DNA of 32,000 nt from Cuniculiplasma divulgatum (GTDB lineage: Archaea; Thermoplasmatota; Thermoplasmata; Thermoplasmatales; Thermoplasmataceae): assembly GCF_900083515.1 (NCBI RefSeq), contig NZ_LT671858.1, positions 1,260,001 to 1,292,000 on the forward strand, in the 5' to 3' direction. Shown here one piece after another: positions 16,934 through 26,115 of the stretch; the stretch's first letter is position 1, and the number at the start of each line of letters is the position of its first letter. Both the position numbers and the translations under genes were made by a program. The notes below the pieces were generated by a model, which ran no database searches, was not told where the DNA came from, and was given only the letters and a program-made list of their open reading frames with translations.

Positions 16934-17815
16934 TTATTTTTTAGCAATCTTTTTTGGTTTATCTTTTCTATTCTTCCATTTGGGTTGCTTTGTACCCCTT
17001 CCTCTGCCTGAAGAGAGAACAAGAAAAACCATGAATATGATTACTATTCCTGAAATATAATATATCCAGCTATAGTTTGGTGGAGATCCATAGAAGAATT
17101 TTGATGAGTAAGAAACAGAAACACCATTTTTATAAGAGGCAGCATTGAGAACCTTCACTTCAAGTGTATTTACCTTGCCATAGTCCAGAACGTTGGAACT
17201 GACAGTTATATTTAGCTTTTCTTTTGAATAGGGAGTAAGCTTACTGATTGTGTCTGTTTTGAATGTTGCTCCGTTTATTACAAAACTGATAGTAACGTTA
17301 TAATAAGGAATGTAGTTAGAATTATATACCTCTGCATACAATCTCACAGGAGCATAGACATTTACGTGGAATTCGGATGTATAATTGACTGGGGTGCCAT
17401 AAAATGAAGCGGTCAGATAGATTGATCCATATATTGTCTGGTTATCTGCCTCAGGAGCTGTGATATTAAATTCGAAATATCCACTTTTCGAACTCTCATG
17501 TGTTGAGTTGAGTGGAGACATTCCTTTATCATAATTTGCTCCAAGATATAACGTGGCTGTGTAATTGGAATAGCCTGAAGTTGCATTTACAAACATTGTA
17601 AAATGTTGTCCCTCATAAACTGCAGAAATTGGTGATAATACCGCTGAGAATCCGTTAGTTGAAGTATATATTTTGTCTTGTTTAGCAGAAATTCTTTGAT
17701 AAGAACCATTGTTTTGGTGTGAAATTGTTGAATTTTGTGAAAGAAATGTTGATGGAACAGCTGTGACTATCAGTGTAAATGCTATTAAGATTATGATTAG
17801 TAATTTCTTATTCAT
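16934..17815 (-). CDS. Secreted/membrane-anchored beta-rich protein, probable N-glycoprotein (293 aa)
   Basis: N-terminal signal/anchor (KKLLIIILIAFTLIVTAV), an ectodomain rich in N/S/T/Y with about 11 N-x-S/T sequons (hand count), a C-terminal TM helix (IYYISGIVIIFMVFLVL) and a Lys/Arg tail. Its ATG overlaps the aglB stop (ATGA at 17812..17815). GGGGGAG lies about 10 nt upstream. Confidence 0.65.
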   Translation of the reverse strand: MNKKLLIIILIAFTLIVTAVPSTFLSQNSTISHQNNGSYQRISAKQDKIYTSTNGFSAVLSPISAVYEGQHFTMFVNATSGYSNYTATLYLGANYDKGMSPLNSTHESSKSGYFEFNITAPEADNQTIYGSIYLTASFYGTPVNYTSEFHVNVYAPVRLYAEVYNSNYIPYYNVTISFVINGATFKTDTISKLTPYSKEKLNITVSSNVLDYGKVNTLEVKVLNAASYKNGVSVSYSSKFFYGSPPNYSWIYYISGIVIIFMVFLVLSSGRGRGTKQPKWKNRKDKPKKIAKK

Positions 17816-20800
17816 TTTCTCTTTCTCCCCCTTATAGCAACTCCTGCTATCCCACCAATTACAGCTATAGCAATTATAATTATTCCATACTCAACGGTCA
17901 CAAAGGGATCACCAGTATAGTTAGATATAATACCAGGGCCTTTTGAATACACAGTTATTCCAGGTGCATCTGGAGAAGTGTAATGAATATTGACATATCT
18001 AACAACATTGGTATTTGTTAGATTTGCATTAATGGTGATATCAAAGGAAGGTGACGGAACTTTTCCTGGCTTAAAAACTACATTTATTACCTTAGTTTGT
18101 GAGTAATTCAATGCTATGTAACTAATAGTCTTCCCATTGTACTGGAAGCTAACATTCCATGAATCATGAACCAACGTTTGTATGCTGGTTGAATTCATTG
18201 AAAGGGATATGTTATCCGCGGTATTCCCCGTATTTATAAGTTTGTATGATAATACTGATGTTCCGTTATTATAACCAGGGGCAGTGTAAATCTGCTGTAT
18301 TTCAAAGTTTGCATATTTAGTTATGTTAACCTTAACGAAATCCTGCGATTGACCCCCAGAGTATTTAATTTCTATAGGTACTCTGTTGATTCCATCTGGA
18401 ACCATTGCAGTATTGTTCAACACTAACTGCAATTTTACTGAACCATTGATAGGCAAATTGTTTATTGTAGTTTTATTGAATTTCATAGCCCAGGAACTGC
18501 TCCCAGAGGAAAGTGTTATATTCTCCATCGAGTTTAAGTGATTTTTCAAAGTTATATAATATGTCACGGTGTTATATTCTGATGTTTTACTTATGGTATT
18601 TTGTGATACAGTTATATTTCCAATCAAAACCTTGCTCAGCATCAGATTAATGTCTTTCGTTGTGTTTGTAAATACAGACTTTGAAGTTTGGTATAGATAA
18701 GAGGTACTATAACCGTTCACTGTAACATTGCGTGAGATATAAGATGAGAAGGAATAATTTTCTGATGGTAAGATCAGAGGATATCCGTTCGATGTTACTC
18801 TGAATAGTTCCTTATTAAGTGTTACATTTACTGTCGTTGCCTTTTCTACTCCACTTACATAGGTGAAAAGCGATATAAAATGAGCATTTGATGCAGTTAC
18901 AGTAATATTCTCTCTGTTAATAAATGGATTCACCGTAATAATTCCGGTTCCAGCCATCATGTACTGTGATGAATATGTGTAATACGTGTAATTCCCATTT
19001 TGAAGGTCTACTGAGAAATTCCCTTTGTTGCTTGTGGTAGTCTTATCAACAAGGGATCCATTTCTGTAAATATTTACGAAAAAGCCTGAGTTAGAACCAC
19101 TCGAAACGCTTAGTTTACCCATAACATCTGTACTGAATGTTTCATTCTTTATACTGAGGGTCAGTGAAGTTGGTGCATTAAGTTGAATGTTTTTGTTTCC
19201 AGTTAGCACATATTCGCCACTATTAGTTATTAGATGGGATGTCAAATTAACATTATAGCTACCTGCTGGTAATAAATTCTTCAGTCCAGGCATCACAATT
19301 TTTTCACCATTGAAGATCAGAGTAAGACTCACTTTTCCATTTAAATTGTTTAGAATGCTCAGGTTGTACGATTGCATCAATGTTGCGGAGATCGAAGTAT
19401 TTTGTGTGATATCTACCTCCTGTATGGAACTTTTCATACTTCTAGAAATGGAGTAAACAGTGTAGTTACCAGGCAATATTTCAGTCGGATTGGTAATTAA
19501 TTTACCGCTCTTTCCGTAGATATATGCAGTGTTTACATTTACTATGGATAATGAGACTTCAGGTTTAAATGAAATGTTAAGACTCTCATTTATAGCGCCA
19601 ACAGTAAAGGAATTTGTGTAGTTAAATACAAACATATTGCCACCATTAACTTTGAATACGTAACTCCCTGATGGCAGTGTTAGTTTTGCTGTACCATTAA
19701 TTATCTGGGATGTTTGTGATGTTGTGCCTCCTATATTTATTTCACCGTTTAATGGGGAGGAACTCATTACTGGCTTGAAGTTTAAGGTCACTGATTTTAG
19801 GTTGACGTTTAGAGCTATGGCTACACTTGGAGTTAACTTGTATGAACTGGCAAAATATCCATCGCCGTATACTTTTAGTTCAAAGTTGCTTAATGAAGAG
19901 GTCTGCGTGTAGATTGAAGCATATCCTCCAGAAACATTTGCTGCTTCGAATGGCTGCTTGGCAAGTTTAAAGATGCTTATTCCCGAGTTTAGTGCTGATA
20001 AAGAGTTAAACGATGCAGATATTGCAGGGTTAAAAATCTCAACTTTTTCAACCGTAGCGTTTTGTGGTGACAAATAAATATTCTGGCTTACTGATATTGG
20101 CTCTACAATCGAAGCGTAGTAATTCTTTCCTGCTCTACTCAAAGTCTCATATATTCCATAATTATTTTCTGCAGGAAGAATGAATGTGACATTTTTCAGT
20201 GTAGTACCTTCGTACTGAAGAACATTGTTACCATAAATAACTCCTATAGATCCTGAATATTTAGAGAGATTTAGGTTATTGTTTATTATTGATGTTGCGT
20301 AACCTTTTGCGAATGATATTTTAATGACAGTTGTTTCGTTTATATTATATGATCCGAATGCCACATAATTTCCACTTGTTTTATAAATTGTATAATATCC
20401 TGGCGATACCATACCTCTAAATTCATTGGAACCTATATTGGTGAGATTAGTATAAGTACTCAAATCACCATTTTCAAGCAATGATAGATTGCCATTTACA
20501 ATTGGACCTTTTAGTAATACCGTGAGATTTACTCCTAATTGAAGATTTAACGTTATGCTCTTTGTAGTATTCAATGATGTGAAAGATACATCGTTGATTC
20601 CAGAAACCAAATTTCCAAGGCTTGCATTAATCCTATACGTGCCTGAATCTAATGCTACATATGCTTCTCCTGAACTATTGGTCAACAATTTTTTATTTCC
20701 TACCATTACAGCAGCATACGAAACGGGCTTGCCTCCAGATTGTACATTAATATTAAGCCTATTTTCGTATACGAGGAGATTTTTTGATGTACTTGATCCA

Positions 20801-23800
20801 TTGGATATGGAGATAGTGTTTACATTTTTATATACAGAGTTGTTTGAAATTACGCTAACATTGTAAGTTCCTATGGGAATGTTAACAAATTTGTAATTTC
20901 CATTTACTATTGGAGCGAGAAACACCTGTCCAGACGTAGAATTACTTATTTTGACCTTTCCGCTATTAATCTTTGTTGAAGTATACCCAGACGATTTAGG
21001 TTTTTCAATTGTAACACTACCTGAAGCTGAGGTGGGCGCCGTTACAATGTTCTTTTGAATGTAGTAATTAGGCAGTCCCGTCGTTTCATTTATTCCAATA
21101 ACTTTTCTTTCCGCCATTGCTCTGCTTATCACTACCTTTTTGGCTGTTAAAAAGTTTTGTCCCTCCAAGAATTCCTTATTTAATGCACCGTAAGAATAAA
21201 TTAATGTATCATTTCCGGGAAGAACGGTAATGTTATAGAATCCGTTCTTGTTAGTCAGAACTGTGCTATGCGGTATGTTATATTGATCATATTCAGTTAC
21301 CCTTATTCCAGGAAGTGGTATTCCACTGGGAGTTTTAACCTGACCTTCAACTATAGCTCCTGGGAAGTATCTCAGAATTGGATCAGATGACTGGATAATG
21401 GAAGATAATCCAGGGAATATAAACGCCGTTCCCTTTCCAGAATGCTCAAGAGAATATGCTTTTTGAAGCGAAATTATGGAGAAGTCATTTGGATGACTCG
21501 AATAATTAGTATATGGATTGTAAGGCACTCCTTCATAGCATATTTCAAAATTACTCATGTTAAATGCTGGTTCCATTGTGTACCGGCTACTACCATATGA
21601 GAGACCTGGGATTCCATTGGTTTGACCGACAGCAGATGGTGGAAGACCGACCAGTGCTTTGTATATGGTGGTGTTGTAAAATGCTGGTGTATAACCCAGC
21701 TCATATGATGTGACAGTTGCAGTTACAGGCGTTTCGTTAAGAGGGAATGTCCCGTTTGTGGTAACTGCATAAATCTGATAATACTCATATGGAACAATTG
21801 CTCCAGATGAAGTAGAGTAGGCCGGTGTGTCAGTTAAATAAGCTGGTGCATAGAACGTTCCAGTATTAGTTGCAGATAATGGGAATAATGTGTGATCAAC
21901 CTGTATGTATTGAATGCTCCAACCTGTTGCTTGTTGTAGTTCTTGATAGAAATTAATCAGGTTCGGAAGGCTTAGCTTTGACGCGAGTTGTCCTTTTTCA
22001 AGTGCGTAATAAGCATTTGCTGATGTTATGCTTGTATTAAACTTACCATAGATCGTTGAATTATCTGCAATCCATTGTTTATAGTTCATTGGATTTTTGT
22101 AGATATTTTGAAGTAGTGTTATTTCTGAATTGTTAAAATACTGTGACAATACGCTCTGTAAAGCAGGAGAGAATTTTCCACTTGAGTTATCCAGAGATGC
22201 CTGCATAAGCCTTGATGAGAAAAGGGCCACTATTTGAGATTCATTTGTGGAAAGTAGAATTTGACCGGCTACCTGATACGCCTGTTGAAAGTCATCAGCC
22301 ACGGTTGGGTGATTTCCCTGATAAAGTTCCTGGAATCCATAATCCCACCAATTCACATAAGCTGGCTTATCTGCAAGAGAAAGGTTCGCTTGCTGCTCTG
22401 CAAGCCAGGCCATTGATAGTGATAGTGGGGAACTGCTATTTGTTATTTGGGAACCTGTTGTTCCAAAATATGCACTTTCATTAGCGAGGTATGTTGGAGG
22501 CTTTGCAAATGATGGTAGAGCTGAATAAACCTGGTGATTTACTCCAGTTGCCGAATTCACAGGGACTGCTGCTGACATTACTCCTAATCCTGAAGGTATT
22601 AATATTCCAAATACAACTATGATAACCATCACAGCCTGAAGCCATGATATGTCTCCTTTTATACCACTTCTCTTTCTAAAAGCTTTTTTAGTTCTGGTAT
22701 CGTCCTTTACATTTGAAAGTTTTAGTATATCTGCAAAGTAGTATAATAATGCACCTCCCATTATGGCATATGCTGGTGACGCAGTTATGTTAAATCTGGC
22801 AGCTGTAAAACTCATATAAATGGATACTGTGGAAAAGATGATTAAAAATGCCAGAGAGTCAGTCTTTTCCTTGATGAATTTGTAGATAATGAACATGAAC
22901 CCCCCTATACCTACTACAAACTGGGCTACACCAAAACCTCCAATGTATTGGCCAAGTGCTGGAGCTTGAGCCTCCGCTATAGTTGAATATAGCTTTGTTT
23001 TTATAAAATACCCTTCACCGCTTATGATTTCTGTATAGATATGAGGAGATAAGAAATACATCCCTCCGATAAAAGCTGATACAGTCAATACAAGCACAGG
23101 GATAGCAATTATCCATGGTTTTCTTCCTACTATGCCTATCAGAGCCGCAATAAAAATCATTCCTACTCCAATAAGTAGAGGTGGCACATACCATATAGCT
23201 GGGGCATTGTTTGCGGCATAATAATAATACCCACCCATGGCAAATGACAAAAATACAAATATTATACTTATGTAAAGAAGATAACCAGTGTTCCTCGAGA
23301 GAAAGAGATTTATTAATAATTGTGCCACTACATAAATGGTAATAATTGCCAGTATGTATGCATGACCCTGCCATGATAACATGAGAGCACCATAGGAAGC
23401 GCCTGCGAACAAAGCGTAAAATGTTGTCTTTTTATTTGATTTGACGTAGTTTATTATGCTGGAATAATAGTTATTTACTTTCAATAGACTTCCTTCTATT
23501 ATCCTGTTCTTATTGGCATAATGAACGGCTCTTTCAAAGAAATAAATAGCAAAAAATGCGAATATAAGCTCTGGAGTATGCATTCTTCCATCAGAAAGGA
23601 TACCTGAGGTCAGATTACTTGGCATAAGTGTGTATAAAACTGCACCTATCATTCCGGCTTTTTTACCAAGTATACTCTTTCCAAGCAGATAAACTGGAAT
23701 TATAAGAAGAGCACCAAACACTGCATCGAATTCCATGAATGAGTAATACGCTGCGTGTAAAGCACCTCCTAATATTGGTGCGGTAATAGTTGCAACAAAT

Positions 23801-24099
23801 GCTATCATCCAGTGGAAAAACAATGGTCTTGGATCTCCAGAGCCTATTGGATAGTTTAGGCCACTGGTGTGTAGCAGAGAAACGTGAGTTGTTAGTATGT
23901 GTATTATTATATAATAATTAAAATAGGGATCACTTCCACCAGAGAAATTCGCATATCCGTTTAAGAATGACTGTCCCCACATATAATAATTAGACAGAAA
24001 CATATAGAGTGAAAACAGCAACAGGACTCCTGCGAACTCCCAATTACGGCTGAACCAGCCTTTAAATTTTTTTATAGATTCAATTTCCTGGAGTTCCAT
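17812..24099 (-). CDS. aglB: Oligosaccharyltransferase AglB (STT3 family) fused to a very large C-terminal surface-domain array (2095 aa)
   Basis: The N-terminal ~560 aa are polytopic, with the first-loop motif GGSDPYFNYY. The STT3 catalytic signature WWDYG is at aa 584-588 (nt 22336..22350). The ORF then continues without a stop through ~1180 aa of beta-rich repeats to a terminal TM helix plus RGRKRK. Confidence 0.85.
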   Translation of the reverse strand: MELQEIESIKKFKGWFSRNWEFAGVLLLFSLYMFLSNYYMWGQSFLNGYANFSGGSDPYFNYYIIIHILTTHVSLLHTSGLNYPIGSGDPRPLFFHWMIAFVATITAPILGGALHAAYYSFMEFDAVFGALLIIPVYLLGKSILGKKAGMIGAVLYTLMPSNLTSGILSDGRMHTPELIFAFFAIYFFERAVHYANKNRIIEGSLLKVNNYYSSIINYVKSNKKTTFYALFAGASYGALMLSWQGHAYILAIITIYVVAQLLINLFLSRNTGYLLYISIIFVFLSFAMGGYYYYAANNAPAIWYVPPLLIGVGMIFIAALIGIVGRKPWIIAIPVLVLTVSAFIGGMYFLSPHIYTEIISGEGYFIKTKLYSTIAEAQAPALGQYIGGFGVAQFVVGIGGFMFIIYKFIKEKTDSLAFLIIFSTVSIYMSFTAARFNITASPAYAIMGGALLYYFADILKLSNVKDDTRTKKAFRKRSGIKGDISWLQAVMVIIVVFGILIPSGLGVMSAAVPVNSATGVNHQVYSALPSFAKPPTYLANESAYFGTTGSQITNSSSPLSLSMAWLAEQQANLSLADKPAYVNWWDYGFQELYQGNHPTVADDFQQAYQVAGQILLSTNESQIVALFSSRLMQASLDNSSGKFSPALQSVLSQYFNNSEITLLQNIYKNPMNYKQWIADNSTIYGKFNTSITSANAYYALEKGQLASKLSLPNLINFYQELQQATGWSIQYIQVDHTLFPLSATNTGTFYAPAYLTDTPAYSTSSGAIVPYEYYQIYAVTTNGTFPLNETPVTATVTSYELGYTPAFYNTTIYKALVGLPPSAVGQTNGIPGLSYGSSRYTMEPAFNMSNFEICYEGVPYNPYTNYSSHPNDFSIISLQKAYSLEHSGKGTAFIFPGLSSIIQSSDPILRYFPGAIVEGQVKTPSGIPLPGIRVTEYDQYNIPHSTVLTNKNGFYNITVLPGNDTLIYSYGALNKEFLEGQNFLTAKKVVISRAMAERKVIGINETTGLPNYYIQKNIVTAPTSASGSVTIEKPKSSGYTSTKINSGKVKISNSTSGQVFLAPIVNGNYKFVNIPIGTYNVSVISNNSVYKNVNTISISNGSSTSKNLLVYENRLNINVQSGGKPVSYAAVMVGNKKLLTNSSGEAYVALDSGTYRINASLGNLVSGINDVSFTSLNTTKSITLNLQLGVNLTVLLKGPIVNGNLSLLENGDLSTYTNLTNIGSNEFRGMVSPGYYTIYKTSGNYVAFGSYNINETTVIKISFAKGYATSIINNNLNLSKYSGSIGVIYGNNVLQYEGTTLKNVTFILPAENNYGIYETLSRAGKNYYASIVEPISVSQNIYLSPQNATVEKVEIFNPAISASFNSLSALNSGISIFKLAKQPFEAANVSGGYASIYTQTSSLSNFELKVYGDGYFASSYKLTPSVAIALNVNLKSVTLNFKPVMSSSPLNGEINIGGTTSQTSQIINGTAKLTLPSGSYVFKVNGGNMFVFNYTNSFTVGAINESLNISFKPEVSLSIVNVNTAYIYGKSGKLITNPTEILPGNYTVYSISRSMKSSIQEVDITQNTSISATLMQSYNLSILNNLNGKVSLTLIFNGEKIVMPGLKNLLPAGSYNVNLTSHLITNSGEYVLTGNKNIQLNAPTSLTLSIKNETFSTDVMGKLSVSSGSNSGFFVNIYRNGSLVDKTTTSNKGNFSVDLQNGNYTYYTYSSQYMMAGTGIITVNPFINRENITVTASNAHFISLFTYVSGVEKATTVNVTLNKELFRVTSNGYPLILPSENYSFSSYISRNVTVNGYSTSYLYQTSKSVFTNTTKDINLMLSKVLIGNITVSQNTISKTSEYNTVTYYITLKNHLNSMENITLSSGSSSWAMKFNKTTINNLPINGSVKLQLVLNNTAMVPDGINRVPIEIKYSGGQSQDFVKVNITKYANFEIQQIYTAPGYNNGTSVLSYKLINTGNTADNISLSMNSTSIQTLVHDSWNVSFQYNGKTISYIALNYSQTKVINVVFKPGKVPSPSFDITINANLTNTNVVRYVNIHYTSPDAPGITVYSKGPGIISNYTGDPFVTVEYGIIIIAIAVIGGIAGVAIRGRKRK
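17815..21363 (-). other. C-terminal extension of AglB: tandem ~70-80-aa beta-sandwich modules, two CARDB/NEW3-like modules, and a TM anchor (17815..17895)
   Basis: The signature 'LPxGxY' recurs: LPGIRV../VLPGNDTLIY (from aa ~913), IPIGTYNVSV, LDSGTYRINA, VSPGYYTIYK, LPSGSYVFKV (aa ~1475), ILPGNYTVYS (~1542), LLPAGSYNVN (~1610), LQNGNYTYYT and LPSENYSFSS. Near the end are modules of the form YKLINTGNTADNISLSM...WNVSF...VINVVFKP. The final 27 aa are VEYGIIIIAIAVIGGIAGVAIRGRKRK. Confidence 0.6.
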
Positions 24100-24196
24100 T
24101 TCTTGACTACCGAAGACGCTAATACAATTGAACTATTAAAATGTTTAAGAATATTCCACCCATTGATTTCCCTAGATATTTGAGAATTTCAGCCTT

Positions 24197-25783
24197 TCAA
24201 TTTGAATTTGTTAATATTGAACCAAGGCTTAACTCGAGATAGACAGTTGGAAACGGGATATTAAATTTTTCAAGTAAGAAGGGATGTACTTCCCCTAGAA
24301 AATTTGATAAAGAGTTATTTTCAGAAAAGATAATATTCCCTGACCGTCCATTGATAAAATGATCATTTTTGGTTGGTCTGATTTCAGATAATCTAACATT
24401 CAAGGCCCGCAGCAGAGCATCCAGTACACCTTTAATTGTGTCGTAAGATGCTGATTTTCCACTCATTATGCATCCTAAGGAGGTTTCCTGTGTTCCGTTG
24501 TCCCTGATGCAATCACCTACCTCAAACAGTGTCTGCGGAAATGGTTGAGCCCGGTTTCTTTCAACTGCCCTTATAAGACTTGAGAGTAAGTCCTGTCTTA
24601 TTCGACTGAAGTCGGAACTTTTGGGATTGTTTATTTGGAAGAACTGATCCAAATCAATTGAATCTGAAAGGACAAAATTCTTTACCTCTTGAAATCCCAG
24701 TCCTACCATTAACTCTCTTAGAACATTTGAGGCGTGGTTGATTCTATTTTCTTTTCCAATAAAGTTATTCTCTAATACTCCCTCGTGAATGTTTTCAATT
24801 CCGTAACCTTTTATAAAGTCTTCTATTATATCAACCTCTCCCATTATGTCTACTCTGCCTATGGGAATGGAGCAATATCTCTCATTGTATTTAATTCCCA
24901 TTTTTGCTAATGTTCTTAGCATGGTATCCTCATTAACTTTTATTCCTACTATATTTTTAATGATCTCAGATGAGATTTTGATTTTATTTAAACTTAGATT
25001 ATTCTCGTAGCTTGAATATCTTTCTGGTAGGGAGATATTTATTCCCTTACTTAAGAAATACCCAGCCATTAGTCTAAATCCAAGGTCCAGTCCCTGTTGT
25101 GATGTTGCCGTTATGTCCACAAGCATTCTCTCTGTCCTGGAAGTTACTCTGGTTCTGTATGAATTGAAAAACGGTGGAACTGATATAATACCTGATTCAT
25201 CAGAAACTCCTACAACTTCTTTATTATTCTGTAATAATTGATATTTTATCCCTTTTTCATGCTCTGTTAATAGTTCAGAAATCTTTCCTTTCATTCCATC
25301 ATAAGTTGTTATTACTTCATTAGCGTCAACTGGACCATAAACAATTTTTCCTCTAATAGCAGATAAATCATGAGCTCCAATGGCAAATTTACTTCTACTT
25401 TTCCCAACCGACTCTGAAACACGATCGGAATACTCCAAAAAATCTTGATTTAAAATATTATGACTGTTGTCATCCTTAAGACCATCGGTCATAAAGACAA
25501 CAAAATATGGTCTTGTTCTGGCTGCATGAACTGAAATATTTTCTTTTTTTAAAAATATTTTTCCATTCCTCATTTTTCCAGTTTTGTATATTTGAAAACA
25601 GTTGAAAAGAGATGCAATGGAGTAAAGGTCTGGTCTATCTGGATTCAACTCTATTTTTATATCATCTTCAACCTGAGGTTCGAAACTGAATCCAATTATT
25701 CTTGAAAATTCGTAAATGTTTTCCTTCCAATCTAAGCCGAAATATTCTTCTAATGTTTCCCGGTTTGATCTTATTACTACCAT
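24197..25783 (-). CDS. pheT: Phenylalanine--tRNA ligase beta subunit (archaeal type)
   Basis: B3/B4-domain motif IELNPDRPDLYSIASL (compare E.TPNRPD.LS). The length and overall pattern fit archaeal PheT. The ORF-track start at 25792 is TTG. I prefer the in-frame ATG at 25783 (MVVIRSN...), 5 nt after the upstream stop. Confidence 0.85.
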   Translation of the reverse strand: MVVIRSNRETLEEYFGLDWKENIYEFSRIIGFSFEPQVEDDIKIELNPDRPDLYSIASLFNCFQIYKTGKMRNGKIFLKKENISVHAARTRPYFVVFMTDGLKDDNSHNILNQDFLEYSDRVSESVGKSRSKFAIGAHDLSAIRGKIVYGPVDANEVITTYDGMKGKISELLTEHEKGIKYQLLQNNKEVVGVSDESGIISVPPFFNSYRTRVTSRTERMLVDITATSQQGLDLGFRLMAGYFLSKGINISLPERYSSYENNLSLNKIKISSEIIKNIVGIKVNEDTMLRTLAKMGIKYNERYCSIPIGRVDIMGEVDIIEDFIKGYGIENIHEGVLENNFIGKENRINHASNVLRELMVGLGFQEVKNFVLSDSIDLDQFFQINNPKSSDFSRIRQDLLSSLIRAVERNRAQPFPQTLFEVGDCIRDNGTQETSLGCIMSGKSASYDTIKGVLDALLRALNVRLSEIRPTKNDHFINGRSGNIIFSENNSLSNFLGEVHPFLLEKFNIPFPTVYLELSLGSILTNSN

Positions 25784-25788
25784 ATATA

Positions 25789-26115
25789 TCAATCCTTTTT
25801 GTTCCGTTCCAAACTTTCGCTCTCGTTACTAATTTTATTTCTGGTATATTCTTTCAACACGCTTCTAATTAGATCATCAATGGACACAGCTTCTCCTCTC
25901 TGCAATAATGAGTTTAGGTCATCTACCATTTTCCTTGTCAACTGAACTTCAACTTTTTTATTAATTCCTTCATCGTCATTTTTTTCGAGAAATTCTCTTA
26001 GTGCAATCCTGATGATCTCGGATATGCTTTCATAATTATATCTGTCTAAAAGTCTTTCCATTCTATCCATATCATCTTCTGATAATCTAATTGTTATTCT
26101 ATAAGGAACTGCCAT
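25789..26115 (-). CDS. Ribbon-helix-helix (CopG/Arc/MetJ-like) DNA-binding protein with two RHH units in one chain (108 aa)
   Basis: Unit 1 is YRITIRLSEDDMDRMERLLDRYNYESISEIIRIALREFLEK. Unit 2 is KVEVQLTRKMVDDLNSLLQRGEAVSIDDLIRSVLKEYTR. Both fit the beta-strand/helix/turn/helix pattern of RHH domains. Confidence 0.65.
   Translation of the reverse strand: MAVPYRITIRLSEDDMDRMERLLDRYNYESISEIIRIALREFLEKNDDEGINKKVEVQLTRKMVDDLNSLLQRGEAVSIDDLIRSVLKEYTRNKISNESESLERNKKD

Noticed and set aside
17812-17900. The C-termini of AglB and the 293-aa protein might carry archaeosortase (PGF-CTERM) sorting signals.
   Set aside because: Both end in a TM helix plus a basic tail, but neither has a PGF (or similar) tripeptide before the helix (..GDPFVTVEYGIIII.. 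and ..PPNYSWIYYISG..). I treat them as plain membrane anchors.
21300-21450. The giant aglB ORF might be an artefactual fusion of two genes (an AglB gene and a surface protein gene) through a sequencing frameshift.
   Set aside because: The reading frame is continuous. There is no start-codon or SD context, no signal peptide at the junction, and the sequence flows from the AglB globular domain (..ILRYFPGAIVEGQVKTPSG..) directly into the first beta-sandwich module. This cannot be excluded without reads, so it is kept as a check under the main finding.
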